A stretch of DNA of 64,000 nucleotides from Saccharofermentanales bacterium (lineage in GTDB: Bacteria > Bacillota > Clostridia > Saccharofermentanales > DTU023): contig JBBAEW010000002.1 of NCBI GenBank assembly GCA_041655695.1, positions 27,927 through 91,926 of the forward strand. The letters run 5' to 3'. The position numbers and the translations under genes are program-made. The notes under the pieces were generated by a model. The model saw only the letters and a program-made list of their open reading frames with translations, did no database searches and was not told the origin of the DNA. Of this stretch, positions 53,454-63,760 are shown in pieces (positions within the stretch are counted from its first letter, which is position 1; every line of letters begins with the position of its first letter).

Positions 53454-56400
53454 TTAATGCCTGAGCAACCAGGGATAGTCCTTGAGAATGGCCTCAATGA
53501 CGGTTGCCATTTCCTGGTCCACTGTCCGGGCCAGGCGGTCTCTTTCTGTCTCGAAGACTTTGCCGCTGCCGTCGCGGATCCGAAGGAGCCCCTCTTCCAG
53601 GAGCAGGAAGCCGGTGTTGTCTGAATCGGCGAAATCCTCCGGGGTCCAGAAGACCGTCAGTTTGTCCTTGTAGGGTTTGCCCGCGTGGGGGCAGAAGGTG
53701 GCACAGTTGCCGCACTCGTTGCAGAGGCCGTCCACGTGAACGATCTGCTGGGGATTGGCAAAGCCGGCAAGAGCCAGGGCCACATTGGCCCGGTTGGGGC
53801 AGACTTCGGTACAGATCCGGCAGACCTGATCGCAGATCAGGCAGCGGAGGCCTTCCTCCGAAGCTTCACGCCCTTCTTCCATGCGGCCGCGTCTTTCCAG
53901 AATGATGTCTTCATCAACCGGGACATGGACCTTGATGAAATCGTCATCCAGGCCTTCCCTGGCCAGGATATCCAGGGCCGCCTTCCTGGCGTCCCCCATG
54001 GCCGCTACGACCGTTGAAGGGCCCTTGCGGCAATCCCCGACCAGATAGACCCCTCTGCGGGAGGATTCCATGCCGCCTGTAAGGAGGGGGTTGCCCCTGC
54101 TGTCCAGATTCAGGCCCAGGTCCTCAAAGAATTTCCTGTCAGCCCGGGCGCCTGTGGCGCCGATGACCGTATCAAAGGGCAGGGTCTCATATTGGCCGGT
54201 ACCGACCGAAGAACGGCGGCCGGATTCATCAAAGCCGGTCAGTTCCTGTATTTCACAGACCAGCTGGCCGTCCCGGTAGCTGACGGGAGCCAGCAGCTGG
54301 CGCCAGAGAACGCCTTCTTCCATGGCCTCGTCAAATTCATCCGTGCTGGCCGGGGCGTAGCTTTCGGTTCTCCGATAGACCAGGGTCACCTCCGGTTGGC
54401 CGGGCATGCGTCTGGCCAGGCGGGCGGCGTCCATGGCCACATCGCCGGCACCGATGACAGCCACCTTGCGGCCCAGGTCGCGGGGGCCCTTTTCCTTGAC
54501 ACGGACCAGGAAGTCCAGGGCATCCATTACCGGCCCGTCGCCTTCTGCGACCGGATTGCGGCCTGCCTGCCAGGCACCGGTGGCCAGAACGACGTAATCA
54601 TAGGTCTTCTTGAGCTCCTCCAGATTAATGGCAGGGTCAGCTCCGAAGTGGAAGCGGACACCGGCCGCCTCCACCAGGCGGAAATCCCGGTCGATTTCCT
54701 GGTCCGAGATGCGGAAGGAAGGGATGGCGTAGCGTACGATCCCATGCGAGGCCTGCCGTTTCTCAAAGACATCCACGTCCAGCCCGTTGCGGCGCAGGTA
54801 GTAAGCGGCTGCCATGCCTCCCGGGCCTGCACCGATGACACAGACGCGCTTGCTGCTGCGGAGGGGCGGCGCGGCACTGGCGGCTGTATAAGCATCCTGA
54901 GCCTGGTCGGCGGCAATTTTCTTGAGGTCGCGCATATGAACCGATTCCTCATAGTCCAGGCGGGTACAGTGATCCCGGCAGGGCTGGGCGCAGAGGATGC
55001 CCGTGATGGTCGGGCAGGCGTTGTCGATGGCGATGACCCGCATGGCCTCGGCGTAGTCTCCCCGAGCCACCAGGGTGTTATATTCGGGGATCTGCTGTTC
55101 AATGGGACAGCCTCCCTCTTTGCAGGGGGCCTTGTAGCAGTCAAAAAGCGGCAGCTCCGATTGAGTCTTACGGGAAGCTACTTTCTGCCGCCAGCGCTTT
55201 TGCAGACGGGGATCGGCCAGGGTTTTTTCCACCAGGCTGTCCAAAGCGGCAAGATCCACGCGGCCGCCTGCCTCCAGGGAGGATTCCGTCTCGCGGGCCA
55301 TCTGCAGGAAGCGCATATAGCCGCCCGGCTTCAAAAGTGTGGTGGCCACGGTCACCGGCCCGATGCCAACCTCCAGGAGGTCCTTGAGGTTGAAGGCGTC
55401 CGCGCCGCCCGCGAAAGAGATGGGCAGCTTGCCGTCAAAGGCCTGGGACAGTTTCTTAGCCAGGGTAATGGTCAGCGGCATCAGGGAGCGGCCTGACATG
55501 TACATCTCTTCCGAGGGAACTTCTCCGCGCTTGACGTCCACGGGACAGGTGTTGGAAAGTTTGACGCCGAAGGCCAGACCCTCCTTGCGGGCTGTCTCCA
55601 GCATTCTCTGGAAGATACCGATGGCATCGGGATACTGCAGGTCAGCCAGGAAGTGCTTGTCGGGGAAGGCGATGTAGTCGTAGCCCAGGTCATCCAGGGT
55701 TTGGCGGACATAGTCGTAACCCAGCATGGTGGGATTGCACTTGACAAAGGTGTGGAGCTTTTTTTCCGTCAGCAGATAACGGGCAATCCGTTCAATTTCG
55801 TCGGGAGGGCAGCCGTGCAGGGTGGACAGGGTCACTGAATGGCAAATGGCCGGCGAGATGGCGTCGACTGCTTCAGCGTCCACCTTCTCAAAGAGCTGGA
55901 GATGGCCTTTGAGAAAGGCAATGGACTCCGTGAAGGCGGGGCTGGCTGAAGCATCCTTGAGGCCCTCGATGAAAGCATCCATCTTGGGCAGGCGGATGCC
56001 TTCCAGGTCGTAGCCGACGCTCATGTTGTAGGCGAAGTCCTTGCCGTCCGACAGTCCCAGTTCAGGGGCCAGGACCTGAATGGCCACCCAGGCCTTGACG
56101 TACTCATCGAAGGCTTCTTCCACGGTCAGCTCCGTGGACCATTCGCAGTTGTAACATTCATCTTCGGCGTTGATGCAGGGCTTGGCCACGGCATGGCGGA
56201 TTTCTTCGCCGTCCATCTTCTGCACGGTTTTCAGTTCGATGAAGCGGGCACCGGCCAGATAGGAGACAAGAATGTTCTGAGCCAGCTGGGAATGCGGCCC
56301 CGCGGCCGGGCCGATGGCCGAGGCGATGGACTCCCCGAAGGGGGTCTTGAAGCGGCTGCCCGACTGGTTGACATAGAATTTGTCCTTGTCCAGGCCGAAA

Positions 56401-56480
56401 ATACTGCCTTCTTTCCGATATTCCTCAAGGCTCCATCTGATTAAATGTTCAAAGCCGATCGGCCTCATAATATCGCTCAT
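53454..56480 (-). CDS. ygfK: YgfK-type Fe-S flavoprotein (DPD/DHODH-like barrel plus GltD-like FAD/NAD(P) domains plus ferredoxin Cys clusters)
   Basis: Dinucleotide motifs VCVIGAGPGGMAAA and VAVIGAGDVAMD. C-terminal CxxCxxCxxxCP clusters. ATG at 56480 with AAGGAGAG upstream. About 1008 aa. Confidence 0.8.
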   Translation of the reverse strand: MSDIMRPIGFEHLIRWSLEEYRKEGSIFGLDKDKFYVNQSGSRFKTPFGESIASAIGPAAGPHSQLAQNILVSYLAGARFIELKTVQKMDGEEIRHAVAKPCINAEDECYNCEWSTELTVEEAFDEYVKAWVAIQVLAPELGLSDGKDFAYNMSVGYDLEGIRLPKMDAFIEGLKDASASPAFTESIAFLKGHLQLFEKVDAEAVDAISPAICHSVTLSTLHGCPPDEIERIARYLLTEKKLHTFVKCNPTMLGYDYVRQTLDDLGYDYIAFPDKHFLADLQYPDAIGIFQRMLETARKEGLAFGVKLSNTCPVDVKRGEVPSEEMYMSGRSLMPLTITLAKKLSQAFDGKLPISFAGGADAFNLKDLLEVGIGPVTVATTLLKPGGYMRFLQMARETESSLEAGGRVDLAALDSLVEKTLADPRLQKRWRQKVASRKTQSELPLFDCYKAPCKEGGCPIEQQIPEYNTLVARGDYAEAMRVIAIDNACPTITGILCAQPCRDHCTRLDYEESVHMRDLKKIAADQAQDAYTAASAAPPLRSSKRVCVIGAGPGGMAAAYYLRRNGLDVDVFEKRQASHGIVRYAIPSFRISDQEIDRDFRLVEAAGVRFHFGADPAINLEELKKTYDYVVLATGAWQAGRNPVAEGDGPVMDALDFLVRVKEKGPRDLGRKVAVIGAGDVAMDAARLARRMPGQPEVTLVYRRTESYAPASTDEFDEAMEEGVLWRQLLAPVSYRDGQLVCEIQELTGFDESGRRSSVGTGQYETLPFDTVIGATGARADRKFFEDLGLNLDSRGNPLLTGGMESSRRGVYLVGDCRKGPSTVVAAMGDARKAALDILAREGLDDDFIKVHVPVDEDIILERRGRMEEGREASEEGLRCLICDQVCRICTEVCPNRANVALALAGFANPQQIVHVDGLCNECGNCATFCPHAGKPYKDKLTVFWTPEDFADSDNTGFLLLEEGLLRIRDGSGKVFETERDRLARTVDQEMATVIEAILKDYPWLLRH

Positions 56481-56650
56481 AATCCAACCTCTCCTTTGGT
56501 CAATAGCTCTTCCTTGCATTTTAGCCAAGATTCCGGCCCATTCAAGCGCAAGCTCTGTTTCATTTTACCAGCTTCTTTGGATTTTTACGGCCTATGAAAA
56601 AAACCGGGCCCCCCCCGAGGGGGGCCCGGCCTTCAAAGCCAAAGGCTTAC

Positions 56651-57877
56651 TTATTTGTCTTCTTTGGTGATATCGACGTAGAGGGCCGGCATGACGCTGT
56701 AGATAGCGGCACAGCGGACAACGTCTTCTTTCCAGTTGACTTCGTTGGGAGCGTGAGCCTGGGCTTCCTTGCCTGGGCCGAGGCCGATGCAGGGGATGCC
56801 GTGGCGGCCCATGATGGCGACGCCGTTGGTGGAGAAGGTCCACTTGTCGACCTTGGGGGCTCCGTAGAGGTTGGTATAAGCGTCAACCAGGGCCCGTGTC
56901 TGCGGCGCGTCTTCCGCGATCTTCCAGGTGGGGAAGTAGCAGTCCTGCTCGTAGACAAAACCGGTCCAGGAGGGGCGGTCATACTTGTACATGGTGACAA
57001 CCGCGCCGTACTTCTTGACGGAGGGCAGGGCCTCGATTTCAGCGATGGCTGATTCCCAGGTCTCGCCCCAGGTCAGGCGGCGGTCCAGCGAGATGGCGCA
57101 GCTGTCAGCGACGGCGCAGCGCGAAGGCGATGTGTAGAAGATCTGTGAGGTGGTAACTGTGCCCTTGCCCAGGAATTCGTCATAGGCCAGGTGGTTGTTG
57201 AGCTCTTCGACATCCTTGAGAATATCGGCCATTTTGTAGATGGCGTTCTCACCGCGTTCGGGAGCGGAGCCGTGACAGGAAATGCCCTTGACATCGACAC
57301 GGATCTCCATGCGGCCCCGATGACCGCGGTAGACGTGCATGTCGGTGGGTTCGGTGGAGACGACGAACTCGGGCCGGATCTTCTCATTTTCGATCAGGTG
57401 GAGCCAGCACATGCCGTCGCAGTCCTCTTCCTGAACGGTGCCGGCAACCAGGAGGGTCACGTCATCGTCGATCAGGCCCAGATCCTTGGCGATTTTGGCG
57501 CCGTAAACAGCAGAGACGACACCGCCCAGCTGGTCTGACGCGCCGCGTCCGCCAACCTCGGTCTCGGTCTCGAAGCCCTCATAGGGGTCGAATTCCCAGT
57601 TGGTGATCTCGCCGATCCCGACGGTGTCAATGTGACCGTCGAAGGAGATGATGCGCTCACCGGTGCCCATCCAGCCCAGGACATTGCCCAGCTGGTCAAA
57701 TTCGGCCTTGTCGTAGCCCAGTTTTTCCATCTCTTCTTTAATGCGGCGGGCGACGCCTTCTTCTTCACAGCTCTCGCCGGGGATGCGGATCAGGTCACGG
57801 AGGAACTTGATCATGTCCTTCTCGTAGCCTTGGGCCGCTTGACGCACGCGATCGTAATCGATTTTTTGTTTTGCCAT
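56651..57877 (-). CDS. ygeY: YgeY family M20 peptidase/deacylase (selenium-metabolism-linked hydrolase)
   Basis: M20 motifs ([22 protein letters not shown]). 408 aa. AAGGAG SD. Confidence 0.85.
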   Translation of the reverse strand: MAKQKIDYDRVRQAAQGYEKDMIKFLRDLIRIPGESCEEEGVARRIKEEMEKLGYDKAEFDQLGNVLGWMGTGERIISFDGHIDTVGIGEITNWEFDPYEGFETETEVGGRGASDQLGGVVSAVYGAKIAKDLGLIDDDVTLLVAGTVQEEDCDGMCWLHLIENEKIRPEFVVSTEPTDMHVYRGHRGRMEIRVDVKGISCHGSAPERGENAIYKMADILKDVEELNNHLAYDEFLGKGTVTTSQIFYTSPSRCAVADSCAISLDRRLTWGETWESAIAEIEALPSVKKYGAVVTMYKYDRPSWTGFVYEQDCYFPTWKIAEDAPQTRALVDAYTNLYGAPKVDKWTFSTNGVAIMGRHGIPCIGLGPGKEAQAHAPNEVNWKEDVVRCAAIYSVMPALYVDITKEDK

Positions 57878-57953
57878 TTGAGTACTCCTTCTTTTTTGAC
57901 TTGTTTGGCTGGCAGCCCGGGATTTTCCGGGCTGCCCTGGCGTGTTTGGTTAA

Positions 57954-59150
57954 TCAGGCATTATCCGCCCAACGGGGGGTACCTTGTTTCCAAAGCTCCT
58001 CCAGTTTGGCGCCCGGGTTCTTTATTTTCTGCAGGAAGATCATGGCCGCAATGATGTAGGGCTTGTAGCTGGCTTCCTTGTAAAGAGGGATGCGGTAACG
58101 GTCAAAGACCGATGCGTCGACTTCACCTTCGGCGCAGGAAACACCGGTGATGTCGGCGGGCAGGCAGTGCATGTAGAGGGCCTTGCCGCCCTTGGTGCGG
58201 GCCATCATGTCCTCGGTGCAGGCCCAATCCTTGTGGAGGGCGTTCTGAGCCAGAAGCTCCTGCTCCAGGGCATGGATGCCGGCCTGATCGCCCTTGCCGT
58301 AAAGGTCGGTCCGGATTTCCATGGCCTTGAAGGGGGCCCAGCTCTTGGGGTAGACAACGTCTGCGTCCTGGAAGGCTTCCGCCATGGACTCGACCCGGGT
58401 GAACTTGCCGCCGTAGAGGTCTTCGTTGTGCTTGGCTACGCCTTCAATTTCACCCATGATATCGTAGCCTTCCGGATGCGCCAGAACGACTTCCATACCG
58501 AAACGGGTCATGAGGCCCACGATGCCCTGGGGCACCGAAAGAGGCTTGCCGTAGGAGGGCGAGTAGGCCCAGGTCATGGCCAGCTTCTTGCCCCTCAGGT
58601 TCTCGACGCCGCCAAACTGGTGGATGATGTGGAGGGCGTCGGCCATGGACTGGGTGGGGTGATCGATATCACACTGGAGGTTGACCAGGGTGGGGCGCTG
58701 TTCCAGGACACCGTCCTCATAGCCTTCCTTGACATAGTCGGAAAAGCCCTTCATGTAGGTGTGGCCCTTGCCAATGTACATGTCATCGCGGATGCCGATG
58801 ACATCGGCCATGAAGGAAATCATGTTGGCCGTCTCTTTGACAGTCTCGCCGTGGGCGATCTGTGATTTGCCCTCGTCGAAGTCCTGGACTTCCAGGCCCA
58901 GGAAATCACAGGCGGAGGCAAAGGAGAAGCGGGTCCGGGTGGACTGGTCGCGGAAGAGCGAAATGCCCAGCCCCGAGTCAAAAATCCGGGCGCTCTTGTT
59001 GTTCTCGCGCAGCAGACGCAGGACGTCGGCGACCGCGAAGATGGCCATGATTTCGTCCTGGGACTTATCCCATGTCAGGAAGAAATCGTCCTGGTACAAG
59101 CCCTTGGAGTCGTAGCTGCCCAGCTCTTTGATCAAGTCGTTGAATGTCAT
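57954..59150 (-). CDS. ygeW: YgeW-type knotted carbamoyltransferase
   Basis: STRTRFSF, HPTQ and HCLP transcarbamylase motifs. ATG at 59150 gives 398 aa, matching YgeW size. Confidence 0.85.
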   Translation of the reverse strand: MTFNDLIKELGSYDSKGLYQDDFFLTWDKSQDEIMAIFAVADVLRLLRENNKSARIFDSGLGISLFRDQSTRTRFSFASACDFLGLEVQDFDEGKSQIAHGETVKETANMISFMADVIGIRDDMYIGKGHTYMKGFSDYVKEGYEDGVLEQRPTLVNLQCDIDHPTQSMADALHIIHQFGGVENLRGKKLAMTWAYSPSYGKPLSVPQGIVGLMTRFGMEVVLAHPEGYDIMGEIEGVAKHNEDLYGGKFTRVESMAEAFQDADVVYPKSWAPFKAMEIRTDLYGKGDQAGIHALEQELLAQNALHKDWACTEDMMARTKGGKALYMHCLPADITGVSCAEGEVDASVFDRYRIPLYKEASYKPYIIAAMIFLQKIKNPGAKLEELWKQGTPRWADNA

Positions 59151-59181
59151 TGTGTCTTTTCCCTTCCTTTTTTGATTTGGA

Positions 59182-60654
59182 TCAGAGGCTTGCCAGAACA
59201 CCGGCGCGCTCATTGAATGCTTCGGTCAGGCGATCGATCTCGTAGACCTGGTTATGGATATTGTGCCAATAATCGTCGTCATACCATTGGGCGTTGAGCT
59301 CCTCCAGGGTCCTGCCCTGCTGCTCGACCCAGGTGTAGTACTTGAGGTTGTGCACCCGCCTGCGGGTCCAGTAGGTGAACTCTTCCATGTGGTCCGTCTT
59401 CATGGACTTGAGGTTGTGCCAGTAATCACGGGCGGCCAGCTCCTTGGTGTAGGGTGCCTGCTGGTCCAGCTCCAGGATGCGGGACTGGTACATTTCGGCC
59501 GAGTCCGTGGCCACGGTCAAAAGGACGTCCTTCTCTGTCAGCTCATAGTACTTGGCCATCTTGATCAGGCCCAGGACGTTGGCGATGCCGCTGATGCCCA
59601 GGAAGGCCAGCTGATCCAGTGCTTCACTGGACAGGCCGGTTTCGGACATCAGGTAGTCATGGCCCACTTCCGAGTTGAAGAGGCGGAGGAGGTTCTGGCT
59701 GTTGTTGTCGTCAATGGCAACCACCATGTCGGTGTTCTTGACATTATGAACAAAGGGGATGTGCTTGTCACCGATACCCTCAATCCGGTGTCCGCCAAAG
59801 CCGTTGTTGAGAATGGTGGGGCACTGGAGGGCTTCGCCGACAGCCACTTTGACATGGGGGAATTTCTCTTTCAGGTAATCACCGGCACTCAGGCTGCCGC
59901 CGCTGCCGCTGGTGAAGAAGGCACCGAAGAGCCTTGAATCAGGGGTTTTGACTTCATTGTAGAGCTCTTCCAGGGCCGGGCCGGTGGCGTGGAAATGCCA
60001 GAGGACGTTGCCCATCTCCTCAAACTGATTGAAGATGAAGGCATCCGGCCGGGTAGCGCGGATTTCCTTGACCTTGGCGAAGATCTCGTAGACGTCACTC
60101 TCGCAGCCGGGAGTGGCGATGACCTCATCGGCGATGCTCTTGAGCCAGTCAAAGCGCTCCTGGCTCATCTCTTCCGGCAGAATGGCGATGGATTTGCAGC
60201 CCAGGAGCTTGGAGTTGAAGGCGCCGCCCCGGCAGTAGTTGCCGGTTGAAGGCCAGACAGCCCAGTTCTCGTAGGGGTTGAACTGGCCGGTCACAAGGCG
60301 GGGTACCAGGCAGCCGTAAGAGGCGCCGACCTTATGACAGCCGGTGGGGAACCACTTGCCTACCATGACGAAAATGCGCGGCTTGACAGCGGTTAATTCT
60401 TTTGGAATTTCAATATAGTTGACGCCGCCGTATTCGCCTCCGTCACGCCGCGGTTGATTCTTCCAGGTGATGCGGAAGAGGTTGAGCGGATTGACTTCAT
60501 CAGTGCCTACGCCGTGGAGGGCTTGTTTAATTTTCTCAGGAACGTTCTTTGCTGGATCACGAAGTTGTGCAAATGTCGGAATAATAATCTTGTTCTCGCG
60601 CGCGACTTTGATGGCGCTCTCGAGACCGTCCTCATGGATCGTCAGATCGATCAT
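59182..60654 (-). CDS. Fold-type II (Trp-synthase-beta-like) PLP-dependent enzyme, subfamily uncertain
   Basis: Candidate PLP-lysine context FPTGCHKVGASYG and glycine loop TSGSGGS. 490 aa. AAGGAG SD. First gene of the cluster. Confidence 0.6.
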   Translation of the reverse strand: MIDLTIHEDGLESAIKVARENKIIIPTFAQLRDPAKNVPEKIKQALHGVGTDEVNPLNLFRITWKNQPRRDGGEYGGVNYIEIPKELTAVKPRIFVMVGKWFPTGCHKVGASYGCLVPRLVTGQFNPYENWAVWPSTGNYCRGGAFNSKLLGCKSIAILPEEMSQERFDWLKSIADEVIATPGCESDVYEIFAKVKEIRATRPDAFIFNQFEEMGNVLWHFHATGPALEELYNEVKTPDSRLFGAFFTSGSGGSLSAGDYLKEKFPHVKVAVGEALQCPTILNNGFGGHRIEGIGDKHIPFVHNVKNTDMVVAIDDNNSQNLLRLFNSEVGHDYLMSETGLSSEALDQLAFLGISGIANVLGLIKMAKYYELTEKDVLLTVATDSAEMYQSRILELDQQAPYTKELAARDYWHNLKSMKTDHMEEFTYWTRRRVHNLKYYTWVEQQGRTLEELNAQWYDDDYWHNIHNQVYEIDRLTEAFNERAGVLASL

Positions 60655-60790
60655 TTTTTTTCTCCTTGCTGTGTGATTGTCAATTGATGGCGGGGCCCGG
60701 TTTCACCAGAAAGCCAAACCTCAACAACTATAGCACATATATTTTAGTAAAAGGCAAAGCCTTAAAGCAGACCTGTAAAAGTAGGTTTTG

Positions 60791-61627
60791 TTACCTTTGA
60801 GACCGCCCCTGCCTCTGGGCCAGTCTTTCCTTTTTCTGATCCGCCCTGGCCTGCCGGTCCAGCCTCCGGTACATGAGAATGCCCACCAGGGCGACCGCAG
60901 CGGTAACGCTGAAAACCACCAGGGCAAAAAGATAGTTCTGTGAGCCTAAAAGCCCCCCGCTGACCGTCGAAGTGACAACAGAAAGGAGGCGGGCCGAGAT
61001 AATAACCAGCCAGGTTGACAGGCGCATGGGGGTCAGGCCGGCAAGATAGGTCAGAATATCCTTGGGCGTTCCCGGAATGAACATGAGGATGTACATGAGG
61101 ACATTGAGCTGGCCCGGCTTTTGGAAGAGTCTTATCTGGTCGATTTTCTCGCTTTCAAAGAAGAGCTCAATGACGGCCCGGCCATAGCGCTTGACTGACA
61201 GGAAGATCAGAATGCTGGCAGCATAGATGGCCGCCATGCAGATCAGGGTGCCCTCAATGGCACCAAAGGCGAAGCCCGCCGCGAACTCAAAGGGTTCCCC
61301 GGGGATGACCGCCACCACCACCTGGAGAAAGTTGGCGAAGAAAAAGATCAGCCTGCTGGTCAGCGGGTATTTGGAGACCAGCATGCGGACCCGCATGGAA
61401 TCCGAAAAGAAGGCGATGGTCTGTTCGCCCCAGAAGAGATAGATGAGGACAAAGAGGACGAGGATGGCCAAGAGGGTGCCGGCAGCCATGGAGCGCTGGA
61501 AGGTCCGCCGCCGAAAGGCCGCGTAGACTTTGCCGGCTGGTCGGATTGCCGGGATTTTTTTGAATCTTCCGCCTGTCTCCATCCGGACTCTCTTCCTCCC
61601 CGTCTGCCCTGGGCGCCAGGGCCGCAC
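60791..61627 (-). CDS. TVP38/TMEM64 (DedA-related) family membrane protein
   Basis: Multi-TM protein with PGEPFEFAAGFAFG and PGTPKDILTYLAG re-entrant-loop motifs. Start is uncertain (61627 or ATG 61582). Confidence 0.7.
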   Translation of the reverse strand: MRPWRPGQTGRKRVRMETGGRFKKIPAIRPAGKVYAAFRRRTFQRSMAAGTLLAILVLFVLIYLFWGEQTIAFFSDSMRVRMLVSKYPLTSRLIFFFANFLQVVVAVIPGEPFEFAAGFAFGAIEGTLICMAAIYAASILIFLSVKRYGRAVIELFFESEKIDQIRLFQKPGQLNVLMYILMFIPGTPKDILTYLAGLTPMRLSTWLVIISARLLSVVTSTVSGGLLGSQNYLFALVVFSVTAAVALVGILMYRRLDRQARADQKKERLAQRQGRSQR

Positions 61628-61723
61628 GAAGCCATTCTATCACGAGCCCGGCCGGAATCCGCAGGCCCCATCTTCCTGTTATAATCGGCGTAGAAAGTGG
61701 GGCCAAGCCCGGGAGATGATCCA

Positions 61724-62653
61724 TTGAACGATCCACTGGTCAGCGTCATCATTCCTGTTTATAACGCCGAGCGCTGGCTGGCCCGCTGCCTGGACTCCGT
61801 TATCAGCCAATCCTACCCGACCATTGAGATCCTTGTCATTTCCGACGGATCCACAGACGCTTCGGACGCCATCATCCAGGACTTCCAGGCCCGGGACCCG
61901 CGGGTCCGCTTCATCCGCCAGGACAATCTGGGAGTCAGCGCCGCCCGCAACCGGGGCCTTGCTCAAGCCCAGGGGGACTGGGTCTGTTTTGTAGATGCCG
62001 ATGACTATGTCAGCCCTCATTATGTCCAGACCATGCTGGACGGCCTGGGCTCGGAGGAGGTGGACGCCGTAGCCGTCAACTTCTTTCTGGAAACGCCGCG
62101 GGGTTGGAGACTCCCTTATCCCTTCGTCCCCGTCCGAAAGAAACTGACGGGCTCAGGAGCGGTCCGGCAATCCTTCCGGGTCCTCTTCTTTCCGACCTTC
62201 GTCTGGAACAAACTCTTCCGCCGCAGCCTCTTTACGGACCATGCCATCCGTTTCCCCGCCATCATCTATGAGGACGCCTATCTGGTCCCCCTTCTTTTCC
62301 TGCATTGCCGCAAGGTGGTCTCCTCCAAGCAGCCACGCTACCATTACGTCCGCAGGCCTTCCAGCCTGACACACGGCCTGACGGCCCGCCACGTCCGGGA
62401 CTATTTGACGGCGGCCAATCTCCTGCGCCATGACTTTTTCACCAAAGACCTCTGGGACCAATGGGAGAAAGCCTACGGCCACTGGCTCAACCGGATCATG
62501 ATCCAGATCGTCCTGACCCTCTACGTCTCAAAAAGGACCATGCCCTGGAAGGAGCGCCGCCTGCTGGTCAGCAGAGCCCGCATGGCCGCCCGGGCCATCC
62601 GCGGAAAACCGGGGCCGGATGAGGATCCCCGGGTTCTGCCTGTCGCCATTTAA
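61724..62653 (+). CDS. Family 2 glycosyltransferase
   Basis: TTG at 61724 (GGGAGA 7 nt upstream) gives MNDPLVSVIIPVYNAERWL. DGSTD and the DxD-like FVDADD are present. Confidence 0.8.
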   Translation: MNDPLVSVIIPVYNAERWLARCLDSVISQSYPTIEILVISDGSTDASDAIIQDFQARDPRVRFIRQDNLGVSAARNRGLAQAQGDWVCFVDADDYVSPHYVQTMLDGLGSEEVDAVAVNFFLETPRGWRLPYPFVPVRKKLTGSGAVRQSFRVLFFPTFVWNKLFRRSLFTDHAIRFPAIIYEDAYLVPLLFLHCRKVVSSKQPRYHYVRRPSSLTHGLTARHVRDYLTAANLLRHDFFTKDLWDQWEKAYGHWLNRIMIQIVLTLYVSKRTMPWKERRLLVSRARMAARAIRGKPGPDEDPRVLPVAI

Positions 62654-62706
62654 AAAAGGGCCTGTCCGCACGGACAGGCCCCCTGCCTTTCTCTTACAAG
62701 TCCTGA

Positions 62707-63633
62707 TCAGATGGTCTGCTGGGAAATACCCCGGATATTGGACAGAACCCAGTCGAACTCAGGAGCTGTCACAATGGAACCGCAGTAGCTGCAGCGAGCC
62801 GATTGGGTCAGGTCAATGGGTGCCCCGCAGTGGGGGCAGTTGCGGCTGACGGCCTCTTTGCCGCCTGCGTCCGGCATGGCGGTCTTGGTACCGACTGTCC
62901 GGATCATGGTCCACATGTAGGTCATGAATTTCTCACGCCGTGGATCTCCGCTGACCACATTACCGCTGGCCCGGTCGATGGTGTAGTCGGTGATCCGGGT
63001 TGTCAGGCGGATTTCCAGGTTATCGTGCAGCTGATCCTGGTAGAAATTCTCCAGACCCACGCTGATAATGGCCACACGCTCCACCCGGTTGATCTGGTTG
63101 CGGGTGATCAGTTCCTGCAGCTGACGGCCCATCTGGTTATAGAGATCATCTGTCAGGCGGGCCCGCATGGGTTCCCAATCCTGGATTTCCCAGGCACGCT
63201 GCATTTCGGAATAGAGGTTGGAGACCTTCTCGCGCATCTCGGCCTCGGTGAAGAAGGGGTCTGTCTGCCGGATGCGGTCGGCAATACCCGCCGACTGGAC
63301 AGGCGGAACCTGTACGGGGCCTGTGGGGGCACTGCCCTTCTGCTTTTTCGAGAGTAGGGCGATCACCAGAAAAATGATGACAATGACTACCGGTCCCACC
63401 AGGGAGCCCCCTCCGCCGAAGGAGCCGCTGCCGAAACTGAAGTCACTGTCCCAGCCGCTATCGGAAGAGCCCCAGCCTCCGCCGCCGCCGCCGAAATCAC
63501 TGTCACCGCCGAAAAAACCGGCGTCAGCGGGTGCCGGATGGAAGCGGACACCGGCCTCCACGGCCGCAGCCGGAAGAGCCAGGACCAGCAGCAAGGCTAA
63601 GAAGCCAAGCAAGATTTGTACCCGGATTTTCAT
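62707..63633 (-). CDS. Tim44-like domain membrane protein with Gly-rich linker and C-terminal zinc ribbon
   Basis: Signal/TM segment, GGGGGWGSSDSGWDSD low-complexity stretch, second TM, Tim44-like soluble domain, CPHCGAP...CSYCG. Confidence 0.55.
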   Translation of the reverse strand: MKIRVQILLGFLALLLVLALPAAAVEAGVRFHPAPADAGFFGGDSDFGGGGGGWGSSDSGWDSDFSFGSGSFGGGGSLVGPVVIVIIFLVIALLSKKQKGSAPTGPVQVPPVQSAGIADRIRQTDPFFTEAEMREKVSNLYSEMQRAWEIQDWEPMRARLTDDLYNQMGRQLQELITRNQINRVERVAIISVGLENFYQDQLHDNLEIRLTTRITDYTIDRASGNVVSGDPRREKFMTYMWTMIRTVGTKTAMPDAGGKEAVSRNCPHCGAPIDLTQSARCSYCGSIVTAPEFDWVLSNIRGISQQTI

Positions 63634-63670
63634 CGATGCCGCCCTCCTTTTAACGCCCTCATTCTATACT

Positions 63671-63731
63671 AAAAAAGAGGCATCCGCCGGCACGTCCGGA
63701 ACCTTTTTCCGGATCAGCCGGCAGATGCCTC
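63671..63731 (-). terminator. Strong intrinsic terminator
   Basis: Minus strand: GAGGCATCTGCCGGC...GCCGGCGGATGCCTC followed by TTTTTT. Confidence 0.6.
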
Positions 63732-63760
63732 CATGTCATGAATGGAAGGCCGGGCAGTCG

